36,807 bases of DNA from Piedraia hortae CBS 480.64. Lineage: Eukaryota. Below the pieces are notes generated by a model, which did no database searches, was not told the DNA's origin, and was given only the letters and a program-made list of their open reading frames with translations. Below are positions 1 to 10,380 of this stretch, piece by piece. Both the position numbers and the translations under genes were made by a program. How positions within the stretch are numbered: the stretch's first letter is position 1; every line of letters starts with the position of its first letter. The DNA lies in contig MU005972.1 in the NCBI GenBank assembly GCA_010093745.1, forward strand, positions 259,170 to 295,976. Reading direction: 5' to 3'.

Positions 1-1733
1 TCTGAGGGGTCGTAGTCGGGGAAGGAAAAGGGGTAGTGTGATGAGGCGTAAGGCATGCTGCCTGATTCGAACCAGCAGTCGAAGACTTCTTCGACCCGGT
101 GGAGGGTGCCTTTACCTTGTTGGGAGAGGATGGTGATTTTGTCGACTGTGTCGCGGTGGAGGTCTTTCAGTTCGCCGGTGTAGCCGCTGAGGGATTTGAG
201 CTCTGCCGCGGAGGAGACGCAGATGATTTCTTTCATGTCGTCTGATACCCAGAGCGGTAGGGGAGTCCCCCAGAAGCGGTTCCGACTGACGTTCCAGTCC
301 CGTGCTTGCTTCAGCCATTCGTGGAACCGACCTGTCTTGATTGAGTTTGGGACCCAATATGTCTTGTCGAGATTGCTCAGTAGGTCTGGAACAACTTGAT
401 CGACTTTGATGAACCATGAGGGCACGGCGCGCTGGATAAGAGGCGTTTTGGATCGGGGGCAGTAAGGGTATGAATGGGTGATTTGAGACTTGCGTACTAA
501 CCTTCCTTTGGTCTGAAGCAGATTGATAATGTTCTTGTCAGCAGCCTTGACGTGCTGTCCCTCAAAGTCGGGGACTTGGGCAGTGTACTCCCCGCTGACA
601 GTCAGAGGGTTTGGCGGCGCTCTTTCTCCGCTGATAACACCCTCACGCCAGGCAACGCGGTAGTCGTCTTCGCCAAAAGCGGGTGCTTGATGTACCACGC
701 CCACACCGCTTTCTTGCTTCACGTAGTCGTCCACAAGAACCTTAAACCCGGCCTCCCCAAACTCACCTGTAAAGTAGTCAAACAGAGGCTCGTAGCGGAT
801 ATTGTGAAGCTCAGCGCCCTTGACTTTAAGACTCAACAGCTTAAAGTCTTTGCTCTTATCCTTAGCCTGACTCTTGTAGAGCTCCTTCAGGCCAGATTCG
901 AGCATTATATAGACGTTATCAGATTTAACGTCATGCACGAGGAGGTAGTCATAGCTCGCATTAACGCAGAGCGCGATATTACTGGGCAGAGTCCACGGGG
1001 TGGTCGTCCAGGCGATAAAGCAGACCTGTTTCCCATCTGCCGCCTCGAAGATCTTCTTTACCGTTTCCCTCACATTCTCCACCTGCTTCTCAACCGGAAG
1101 CAGCGGAAAATTGACCGTAATAGCCGGGTCTTGGACCATACGGTAGTCCTCATTCGCCTCGCTCTTACTGAGCGGCGTATTGAGCGCAGTGCTGTACGGA
1201 AGCACTCGGGCACCATGATAGACAAGGCCCTTGCGATACAACTGGGCAAAAACCCACCAACATGACTCCATGAAGCTCATATCCATGGTCTTGTAGTCGC
1301 GATCAAAGTCGATCCAACGTCCGAGGCGAGATATGACTCTACGCCATTCGCCAGCGTACGTTAGCACAACCTCCCTACACCTACGGTTGTATTCTGCAAT
1401 TCCGACCTTATCGACCGCAGCCCGACCGCGCACTCCGAGTTCATCCTGCAGCTGTTTGTCGATGATTTGCTCAATGGGAACGCCGTGCGTGTCCCACCCG
1501 AATCGACGTTCTACGTAGCGTCCGCGCATGGCCCAGTAGCGCGGGATGATGTCTTTGATTGTAGAGGCTAGGAGATGGCCATAATGAGGCGACCCCGTCG
1601 CAAACGGAGGGCCATCGTAGAAGACGTATGGCGGGTCGTCCTTGGTTAGTTCCAACTGGCGGTGGAACGCATCAATCTTTTCCCATTCGGCGAGTACTCG
1701 CTCTTCCTCGGACGGGAAGTTGATGGTGCCCAT
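1..1733 (-). CDS. ILS1: Cytosolic isoleucyl-tRNA synthetase, N-terminal ~577 aa; continues beyond the left edge
   Basis: Absent from the ORF track because it has no stop in the window. Manual translation from ATG 1733: MGTINFPSEEE...FYDGPPFATGSPHYGHLLASTIKD (HIGH-type motif), RRFGWDTHGVP, WTTTPWTLPSN, GVGVVHQAPAFGEDD, DWNVSRNRFWGTPLP, VFDCWFESGSMPY. One frame to base 1, no intron seen. Confidence 0.97.
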   Translation of the reverse strand, partial: MGTINFPSEEERVLAEWEKIDAFHRQLELTKDDPPYVFYDGPPFATGSPHYGHLLASTIKDIIPRYWAMRGRYVERRFGWDTHGVPIEQIIDKQLQDELGVRGRAAVDKVGIAEYNRRCREVVLTYAGEWRRVISRLGRWIDFDRDYKTMDMSFMESCWWVFAQLYRKGLVYHGARVLPYSTALNTPLSKSEANEDYRMVQDPAITVNFPLLPVEKQVENVRETVKKIFEAADGKQVCFIAWTTTPWTLPSNIALCVNASYDYLLVHDVKSDNVYIMLESGLKELYKSQAKDKSKDFKLLSLKVKGAELHNIRYEPLFDYFTGEFGEAGFKVLVDDYVKQESGVGVVHQAPAFGEDDYRVAWREGVISGERAPPNPLTVSGEYTAQVPDFEGQHVKAADKNIINLLQTKGRLVRKSQITHSYPYCPRSKTPLIQRAVPSWFIKVDQVVPDLLSNLDKTYWVPNSIKTGRFHEWLKQARDWNVSRNRFWGTPLPLWVSDDMKEIICVSSAAELKSLSGYTGELKDLHRDTVDKITILSQQGKGTLHRVEEVFDCWFESGSMPYASSHYPFSFPDYDPS

Positions 1734-1880
1734 GGCTGCTGACGTTGCGCTGGTATCAGAGCGCTAAGATATTTTCCGTGAACACGTGCTGCCAAGACGC
1801 CACCAACGTAAGCTCGACTAAGAGGCCTGAACATATAACAATTTGCCCTATGCTGAATGAACATACTCTTACAATATACA

Positions 1881-4800
1881 CTACTCTTCTTCACTCTCCT
1901 CGTCCTCCTCATCCGTAACCTCCCCCCCTAGCTTCTTCACTTTCTCCTTATACTCATCCCTCTTACTCTCCAACTCACCCATAACAAGCAACATGGCCTC
2001 CAACTCCTCCTTTGCCTCTTTAGCTTCCTTCTTCACCTTTTCAATCTCCCCCTTCCCACCGTTATTCTCCTTCCCCTTCTCAAGCGCAGCCTGCAACTTC
2101 CCCTTAACACTCTCCAACTCCCCCTCCAACTCATTATACCCCTCCCTTTCCGCCTTTAATTCCTCCTCCCGCCCTTTGATCTCCCTTCTCAACTCCTCAA
2201 CCAATCCCCTCAACTTCCCCACCTCCTCCAGCTTATTCCCCTCCTCAACCTTCCCCCTCTCCACTTCCTCCTTGAGAACCTCATTCTCCCTTCTCAACCG
2301 CCCAACCTCCCTCTCACACACCTCGCACCTAATCTTCATCTCGCTCAAAGACCCCTCCGCTGCTTTCGCGCTAGCGTCAATCTCTTCATACCGAGCCGTC
2401 ACTTCCTCCAACCTACCCGCAGCCTCTTTATGTCTACTCTGCTCCGCACGAAGCGCATTCCCCATCTCTGCAAGCCGCTTCTCATACTCTTGCCCCTTCA
2501 GCGTCGAAATCGCAGCCTGTTCACTAATCCTCCTGTCCGCCTCACGCTGGACTTTCTCCACCGCCGCAAGGTTTGCGTTCTCAAGCCTCTTGACCTCCAA
2601 CTCCTGTCTGCGACGGAGCTGGTCGAGCGCTTCCTTATGCTTCGCAACAACCTCCTCCGTTTCAGCCTGGTGGGTTGATTGCAATGATTGATTGATTTTT
2701 GTTAGACGCTCTGCTGCTGCATTCGCGGCTTGGAGGTCTTTTGTACTGGCCGTGCGGTCCTGTTCGCGCTGTTGTTCGAGGAGGAGGATGGTTTGGTCTC
2801 GTTCGGAGAGTTCGCGGTTGCGTTGGGTTAGGGTTTCGTCTTTTGTTTGGAGCTGTTGACGGAGTTCGTCGAGAATGTCACGGTCTACGCCGGAGGTTTG
2901 GTGGGAGAAGGGGATGACTTCGATGCCGGGGTCTTTGTCTATTGCTTTTGTGAGGCGTCGGATTTCGATGGTGAAGAGGTCGATGAAGGTGGTTGGGAAG
3001 AGATCGTCTTGGGGTTGGGTTATGCTGTATAGGGCGTGGTCGCGGATGGATGGGTGGCGGCGGAAGGAGAGGATTGATTGCATGTATTTTGGTGAGGTAA
3101 CTTTTTCGCGGAGGATGGAGGCGATTTTGCGGCGGGGGATGGGACTGTCTTTTGTGCTGAATTCGTAGATGGTGCCGAGGAGAGCGGCGGATATTCCGGC
3201 GAGGAAGGGGTCTTTGGAGGTGTCAACGGTTCCGACTAGGGCGTTGATTAGGGCTGAGCCTTCGGACAATAGGTCGTTGACACCGTCGGTGTAGTCCCAC
3301 AGGAGGATGACAAGTACGCTGCCATAAGCTGCGACTTGGCTTATGTCCGACGATTGGAGGGATGAGGCGAGGTAGGAGCCGATGGTTTGGGTTGATGATA
3401 GGATGTCCTCTTCTTCGCCCCCTTCGCCCTCCTTGAGCGCGGCAAAGGCTGCCTTTGCTTGCGTGTTGCCGTATATCAGGTCTGAGATGATCCATGAGGC
3501 GAAACGCGAGCTTGACGGATCGACATCGCTTTGAAGCAATATGGACACGACGTTGGATGCTTTCTCATGCTGCTCATGGCCGCTGATTGCTCGGGTGAGA
3601 AAATGCTCTTTTATTCGCTCGTGATTGCCTAGATATGCTTGGATCAGATGGCATGCTGCTGTTCTCAGTGACGGATCAGTTCCCAGCGACGAGTCTAAGC
3701 TAAGATCGAGCAGTGCTTCAATCAGATATGCCCGTGGCTTCTTGCCAGTATCTGTGCCGTTTGTCTCGTGTGTTGCAGGGGCTTCAACGGTCAGCGTTGC
3801 AACGGCCTCTTGGAGAGCTGCATTCGAGGCAATCATTGCAGTGACATTCTTCAAAGCAAGAGCCCGAATGGCAGTGGGAAACTCGGCAGAGAAGCCCAAG
3901 TCGAGCAGAATCTGTGCCAGACCGACTCGGAAAAAGGCGAGCTGGTTCTGCGGTGTTCCCGTCGCCCCGGGCTCGAAAAAAGACGACATCAGTTGCAGCA
4001 AGCCCCAGGCAGCTCTCTCACGGCCCTGTCGGAGATATTCTACTTCATCTTCAGCCGGAGGGAAGGCCTGTTGAAGCAGCTGAGCCATCTGCGTTACTCC
4101 GCCCGACTCTCGAAACATGATGCGGTTGCTTGCTGAGCTAGCTAGTAAATTGTTTAAAAGGCTGAGTGCGTCTTGGGCTGTTATTCCAGCCTCTCCGAGA
4201 CCACCTTCCGAGGCAATCAGGTTGAATATTCTCGCAAAGACGTCTTCAAAGGCCACGATCTTGCGCAAATCCTCGCTGGCTCCAATGGTCAGATCAACCA
4301 ACAAGAGGAGACCAGCATTCCGCACAGCATCTTTGACATCATCCAACACTCCAACAAGTCTGCTGATACCCAAAGGCACGTGTAGGATGCTTTCTTGAAG
4401 CCTATCTGGTCTTGCTGCACATATAGCTTGGAGCAGCTGCACCGAGTACAGCCTCGCATAGTAGTCTGCAACGGGGGATTCAGGATCAAGCAAGGAAAGT
4501 AGGAGATTGAGATTGTCTTCTCTCTGTCAAATTACCTTAGCCTTGGACCATGCACATAGATACAGATTCATACCATTACGAACTCATCAGCCAAAAAATA
4601 CGCAATTTCATCACTGGCCTCGGGGCTGTTCGAGTCTGGGTTGAAGAGCATTTGAAGCGTCTCCAACACCAGACGAACGGTGTCCACATCGCCGCTGTCT
4701 TCACTCCTCCTTCTCCCGCCCGATCGATCGCTGGAACTCGTCTCACCTAACCCATCGCGTCGTAGAGTTGAAACAAGCTCCCGCAGCGAGCCTGAAGCCA

Positions 4801-4942
4801 CAGAAGCCGGATACTGCTTTGCAAAGGAGCGCAAGCTGACAATCGCAACACGTCTGTCCTCTAGGAGAGTGGAAGAACGCAGACGGCCACACAGAACATC
4901 AATAGCGTTCGTGGCGGACTGCATAGGAGGTGTTTTCAACAT
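1881..4942 (-). CDS. USO1: ER-Golgi vesicle tether Uso1/p115, ~1003 aa; exons 4942-4574 and 4523-1881
   Basis: N-terminus GRLRSSTLLEDRRVAIVSLRSFAK, head motif RNAGLLLL..LT....DLRKIVAFEDVF, long coiled coil and acidic tail (EVTDEEDEESEEE). A 50-nt GTATGA...GCTAAG...CAG intron (4573-4524) joins ORFs 4568..5050 and 1881..4493 in frame. Confidence 0.95.
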
Positions 4943-5125
4943 GATTGCTCCTTTGCTGCCCGCAGACGGGCGCTTGTCATCTCTGCCCTGGCGGCGGGTT
5001 GATGTTGTGGGTTGATGTTGTTGCCAAGGCTCGCCACGTGACTTTGACAAGCCGCTAAACTCCTTTGGGCTTTGACAACGTTTGCGGGCACCAACGTTTG
5101 AGCTCTGTCACGTAGGCAGGGTACC

Positions 5126-8100
5126 ATGGGTGTCCCGGCTTTATTTCGTTGGCTCGCGAAAAAGTACCCAAAGATTATATCGCCGGTGATAGAGGAAAAG
5201 CCGGTCGAGATTGACAATGGCGACGGCACCACCACCAAGATTCCCATCGATGCGCGCAAGGCCAATCCGAATGGCGAAGAGGTGGATAATCTCTATCTGG
5301 ACATGAACGGGATAGTGCATCCTTGTTCGCATCCAGAAGATAGGCCGCCGCCGGCCAACGAGGAGGAGATGATGATTGCAATCTTTGAGTATACGGACCG
5401 CATCATCAATATGGTGCGACCCAGGAAACTGCTCATGATAGCTGTCGATGGGGTTGCTCCCCGTGCCAAAATGAATCAGCAGCGCTCGCGCCGATTTAGG
5501 TCAGCGCAAGATGCTGCCGAAAAAGACGCGGCGGCCGAGGAACATCACGCGTCATTGGTCGCACGGGGCGCCGAATTCCAAGACGGAGAGGACGATAAAC
5601 CCAAGAAGACATGGGACTCTAATTCCATCACGCCTGGAACTCCTTTCATGGATATCTTGGCTCAGTGCTTGAGGTACTGGGTGCGGTGGAAGCAAAACAC
5701 CGACCCGGCGTGGGAGAAGCTCAAGACGATCATCTCTGATGCAACAGTTCCCGGTGAGGGTGAGCACAAGATCATGAACTTTATACGAAGCCAGCGCAGC
5801 AGCGCCACTCACGATCCCAACACCAGGTAAGCATGATGATGTCCTAAAATGTCCCAATTAACATTCCCTAGACACGTCATCTACGGGCTTGATGCTGATC
5901 TCATCATGCTTGGCATTGCCACCCACGAGCCTCACTTTCGTGTGCTGCGTGAGGATGTCTTTGCCAACGATACCAAGCCCGGGCATTGCAGAAAATGCAA
6001 TCAGCCCGGGCACATGGCTGATAACTGCAGAGGCAATGCCAAGAGGGAGGAAGGTGTTGACAAGATGCTGAAGCCGTTCATCTGGCTGCACGTTGGCGTG
6101 TTACGTGAGTATCTCGCCATCGAAATGGCTGTCCCTAATCAGCCTTTTGCCTTCAGTCTCGAGCGGGCGCTGGATGACTGGGTGTTTATGTGCTTCTTTG
6201 TCGGAAACGACTTCTTGCCGCACCTTCCGTCCCTGGACATCCGTGAGGATGGCATAGATACGTTGATTGCCATTTGGAGAGATAACATCCCCATCATGGG
6301 AGGGTATGTCACCAAAGATGGCCATGTTGATTTGGCGCGTGTGCAAGTCATTCTTAAGGGCCTGGCTCAGCAGGAAAGCGCCATCTTCAAGTCGAGACGC
6401 GAAGTTGATCTTAGACGAGAGGCCGCTGCCAAACGTCGGGCCGAACAGGCCGAACGTAGGGAGAGTAAGCGTCTGCGTACCTCAGATGGTCCTCTTCGTG
6501 GCGATGCTGCCATGGAGAATAATCCTCTTCCAAGGTTCGCTCCGGGACAGGCACAAACGCGTAATGACCCAAGATATGCGGCCACTGCGCACCTGACGCA
6601 CGCAGATATCGTGGGTAACGCCAACAAAGCAAATAAATCAGCCGCTGCGGTGCTCAAAGAGCAGCTCGCAAACAGCAAAAAGGCAGATGAAACGGAGGAC
6701 AGATCTGGACAAACGCCAGTGTTGGGCAAACGATCGCGATCAATGATTGAAGATGCAAATGACGAGCCCTCGACACCGGGCCGCAACACCCCCGTCACAG
6801 GAAGCCCGAATCGCGGTACTTCGGGAGCTCTTGGCGGTAACAGCCAGCCCGTTGAGGGAAACGAAGACACTGTCAAGCTCTGGGAGGATGGCTACCAGGC
6901 CCGTTATTACGAACAGAAGTTCCATGTCTCTCCTGATGATGTTGAGTTTCGCCACAAGGTTGCCGCGTCGTATGTTGAGGGGCTCTGCTGGGTGTTGCTT
7001 TACTATTTTCAGGGTGTCCCATCGTGGACATGGTACTATCCATATCACTATGCGCCCTTTGCCGAGGACTTTGTCGGTTTGGCGACGCAGATGGTCAAGT
7101 TCGACAAGGGCAAAGCCTTTCGACCCTATGAGCAGCTCATGGGCGTCATGCCTCCGGCGTCTAAGCACACCATTCCGTCTGCGTTCCACCCTCTCATGGA
7201 GGATGAAGACAGCCCAATCAAGAAATTTTACCCTGTAGACTTTGCCGTCGACATGAATGGGAAGAAATTCGCCTGGCAAGGTGTTGCCCTTCTTCCGTTC
7301 ATCGACGAGACTCGTCTCTTGAGTGCAATGGCAACGAAGTACCCGCTACTGACCAGCGAGGAGCATCGCCGGAACGAATTTGGTAATGAAGTCCTGATAT
7401 TCAGTGCCAAGCATCCCATGAGCCATGAACTCATAACCAATTTCTACGGCAAGAAGAAGAACAATGACGCGGCACGTGTGCCATTGAACGTCGCGGAATC
7501 CCAAGGTCTAGCGGGGAAAGTCGGCAAAGAAGAAAGCTATGCACCTAACACCGCGCTAGAGTTTCCCCTGGGAAAGTGCACGCAAGACGCCTATACCAGT
7601 CTGGATGTAGACGAGACAGTGACTGTATCGTACCATATGCCTGTCTACCCAGGCACGCACAAAAGCATCATCCTGCCGGGAATCAAATGGGAGGCACCTA
7701 TGCTCGACTGGAACGACATCCAAACAACGCGTGAGCGAAGCTACAAGTCCGGGCGGAATTTCAATGGCGTGCCGTTACCGCAGCAGGTATACCAGTCCCC
7801 ATTTGAGTACGAGTCTCCGCGTCGGAATTACGGTCCACCGCATCGAGGCAGTGGCGGGAGTCCTCCTTCAGGACCCAGATTCTCAAGACCGCTTCCCCCA
7901 TCCCGAAGAGACGACGGGTCCGCCACCGGAGCCGCCTACGATAGGCCGTACTACTCCTACGGCTCATACGGCTACAAAGGCGGCTCGTACGATAAGTTCC
8001 TTCCGCCGCGTCACCCGAGATCGCCGTCTTCTGAACGCAGAGGCTACGACTGGTACCAGGGAAGTGGATATTTCTACGGAGGAGGCTACGGGGGCTACCG

Positions 8101-8137
8101 TGGCGGGCCCGGAAACGGAGGTCCGAGGCGATACTGA
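5126..8137 (+). CDS. RAT1: 5'-3' exoribonuclease 2 (Rat1/Xrn2), ~988 aa; exons 5126-5826 and 5872-8137
   Basis: [48 protein letters not shown]2CX4HX4C knuckle, [25 protein letters not shown]. 45-nt intron GTAAGC...TTAAC...TAG at 5827-5871. Confidence 0.97.
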
Positions 8138-8295
8138 AACCATGTACTTAATAACATCCTGAACTCTTTTTAGTCCGTTACCAAAACTCCCTGAGCCGTC
8201 CCATGGGTATACAGTACACTACGACGGTGTACAGACTTTTCCAGCCGAAAGCTGTCCATCCCGTCATCCACTCCCCCCTCCATCCTCCCGCCATC

Positions 8296-9489
8296 CTAAT
8301 AATCAAACAAAGCAGAGATACTCTCCCCAAAGTGCACCCTCCTTATCGCCTCCGCAAACACCGGTCCAACCTCAAGAACCCTCAACTTCCCCCCACACCT
8401 CTCCACATGGCCCATCTGATCCACCGAATCCGTCGTAACAACAACATCAATGTCACTCTCCACGATCCTCTCGCACGCATCGCCGCTAAAAACCCCATGC
8501 GTCACTAACGCGAAAATCTTCTCCGCCCCTTTCTTCTTTAACAATCGTGCAGCTCGCGTGATGGTGTGGCATGTATCCGCCAAGTCGTCGATTAGTATGG
8601 CTGTCCTTCCGGTCACGTTGCCTACTAAGAGCATAGAGCCCCGGAGGGGGTTTGTAGTGTTAGTAGGGGCAGGACGGCTGCTCCGCTCTTTATGTATCAG
8701 CGCGAGGTCCAAGCCGAGGGAATCTGCGATGTGCGAAGCGCGCTTTGCGCCGCCGGCGTCGGGGCTGACGATTATGAATTTCTCGAGGGCGGAGGCCTCT
8801 GCTGCGCCCGATCGGTTCGCTGCGCCCGCTGCTCCGCTGTTGGGGAGGATGTGGTGTTCAATGTACTTGCTCAAGAGATTCCGACCGTAGAGGTTATCGA
8901 CGGGAATGTCGAAAAAGCCCTGGTACTGCGGGTCGTGGAGGTCCATGGTGATAATATGGTCTGCGCCCGCGCATGTCAAAAGGTCAGCGACCAGCGTGCC
9001 TGCTTGCGCAACCCATTGGCGATAACCGCGCGCGGGGGTGAAATCGGGGATGCTGCAGCCGTTACCGTTACCGTTACCGTTCCCGTTGGATGTGGTGGGA
9101 GAGCTAGGTCCATCGCGAGGCGAAGAGGGCCCGGAGACGAGGTTTGTCGGAACGCGAACGAGAGGCGCACCTTCTTTGTTATAAGGCAGATCGCTCTGGC
9201 GGCTGTAGGGGAATAAAGGCATCACGGCAGTGACACGCTTCGCGCTCGCGGTTTTGCAGGCTGAGATTGTAATTAGAAGTTCCATTAAGTGGTCGTTGAC
9301 CATCCCCCCGCCGGATTGGACAATAAAGACATCTTTCTCGCGGACGGATTCGCCGATTTCGACCCGCGTCTCGCCGACGGCGAATTTGCCGAGTTCGATG
9401 CGTGAGCGCGGAAGCCCAAGGTAGTTGCAGATTTGGTCCGTCAGGGCCGCGTGCGAGGATCCAGAGAAGATGACGATGTTGCGGACCAT
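8296..9489 (-). CDS. PRS5: Ribose-phosphate pyrophosphokinase, PRS5-like subunit with non-homologous insertion, 397 aa
   Basis: MVRNIVIFSGSSH, LMELLITISACKTASAKRVTAVMPLFPYSRQ, TMDLHDPQYQGFFDIPVDNL, IVSPDAGGAKRA, AILIDDLADT. Low-complexity insertion after SRQSDLPY resembles the Prs5 subclass; the subclass call is less certain than the family call. Confidence 0.9.
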   Translation of the reverse strand: MVRNIVIFSGSSHAALTDQICNYLGLPRSRIELGKFAVGETRVEIGESVREKDVFIVQSGGGMVNDHLMELLITISACKTASAKRVTAVMPLFPYSRQSDLPYNKEGAPLVRVPTNLVSGPSSPRDGPSSPTTSNGNGNGNGNGCSIPDFTPARGYRQWVAQAGTLVADLLTCAGADHIITMDLHDPQYQGFFDIPVDNLYGRNLLSKYIEHHILPNSGAAGAANRSGAAEASALEKFIIVSPDAGGAKRASHIADSLGLDLALIHKERSSRPAPTNTTNPLRGSMLLVGNVTGRTAILIDDLADTCHTITRAARLLKKKGAEKIFALVTHGVFSGDACERIVESDIDVVVTTDSVDQMGHVERCGGKLRVLEVGPVFAEAIRRVHFGESISALFDY

Positions 9490-9692
9490 GGTGTCCCGTT
9501 GGGGGGTTGGAAGGAGGGATGCTTCGCGGTTGAGAGGGGCTGCTATAGCAATGTGATGTTGATATGTTACTGCTTGCTTGTTGTTATGCGGGATTTTTTT
9601 TTTATTTTTTTTTGGTGGTGGGGGTGGGAAAGGTGTAGTGGGCAGTGGGACCTGGTGGGGCAGTGGCCCGTTCCGCAACCCGTCGAACATCA

Positions 9693-10326
9693 ATGGAGTC
9701 GATTTCGATATTGCTGCTGGGTGATGCGGAGGCGGGGAAATCGACGTTTCTCGCGTAGGGTTTTTCTATGTTTGTTGGGTGATAAGGCTGACTCGATGCC
9801 CAAGTCGACTGGCGAATCGTCCGCTTCGAGACGAGGATCAGCCGTTCCCGTTCGATATTCGACTACCAAAGTACGGTTCCTTTCGGTTAGAATTCTCAGA
9901 TACTTCCTCCCCTACGAATTACACTCTGCTTAAGCCTGCATGTATTGTATTGTGCTACGATATCTCCGTCCCGTCGACGCTTACGTCGCTGAGTTCGAAG
10001 TGGAAATATATCGTTGAGACTCACTTCAACTACAATGAATTGCTGCCTGTTCTCGTCTTAGGGCTCAAACGTGATGTAAGGAATAGAGGCACCGCTTTTG
10101 TCCTGCCGCAGGAGGGCCTGAGAGTGGCCCAGGAGATGAGATGTGATCGATATCTTGAGTGCAGTGCACTAACTGGGGAGGTAAGAGTTTTCCCGGCAGC
10201 ATGTGTACAGGCTAATAATGGTGACAGCTCTGCAGAGAGGTGATCGAAGACATCACAAACACGGCCGTCATGACCACAACGGCCAAGGGCGGGAGATCAG
10301 AAGGAGCTACATGTAACATCATGTGA
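9693..10326 (+). CDS. Atypical Rho-family-like small GTPase with CaaX end, ~178 aa; exons 9693-9754, 9805-10180, 10228-10326
   Basis: Spliced protein MESISILLLGDAEAGKSTFLARL...EFSDTSSP...CIVLCYDIS...LVLGLKRD...YLECSALTGELCREVIEDI...CNIM*. Two GT-AG introns (50 and 47 nt) with GCTGAC and GCTAAT branch sites. Confidence 0.85.
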
Positions 10327-10380
10327 TTACATTATCCAAAGCAAAAGCTTTTCAACTCGTAAACTCGGGTATTCAACTCA

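Noticed and set aside
552..1265. 237-aa plus-strand ORF
   Set aside because: Antisense shadow of IleRS; no recognisable motifs. Most other short ORFs in the track are likewise shadows of real genes.
9490..9693. 68-aa N-terminal extension of the PRS ORF
   Set aside because: Runs through the T-rich divergent promoter; family similarity begins at MVRNIV (9489).
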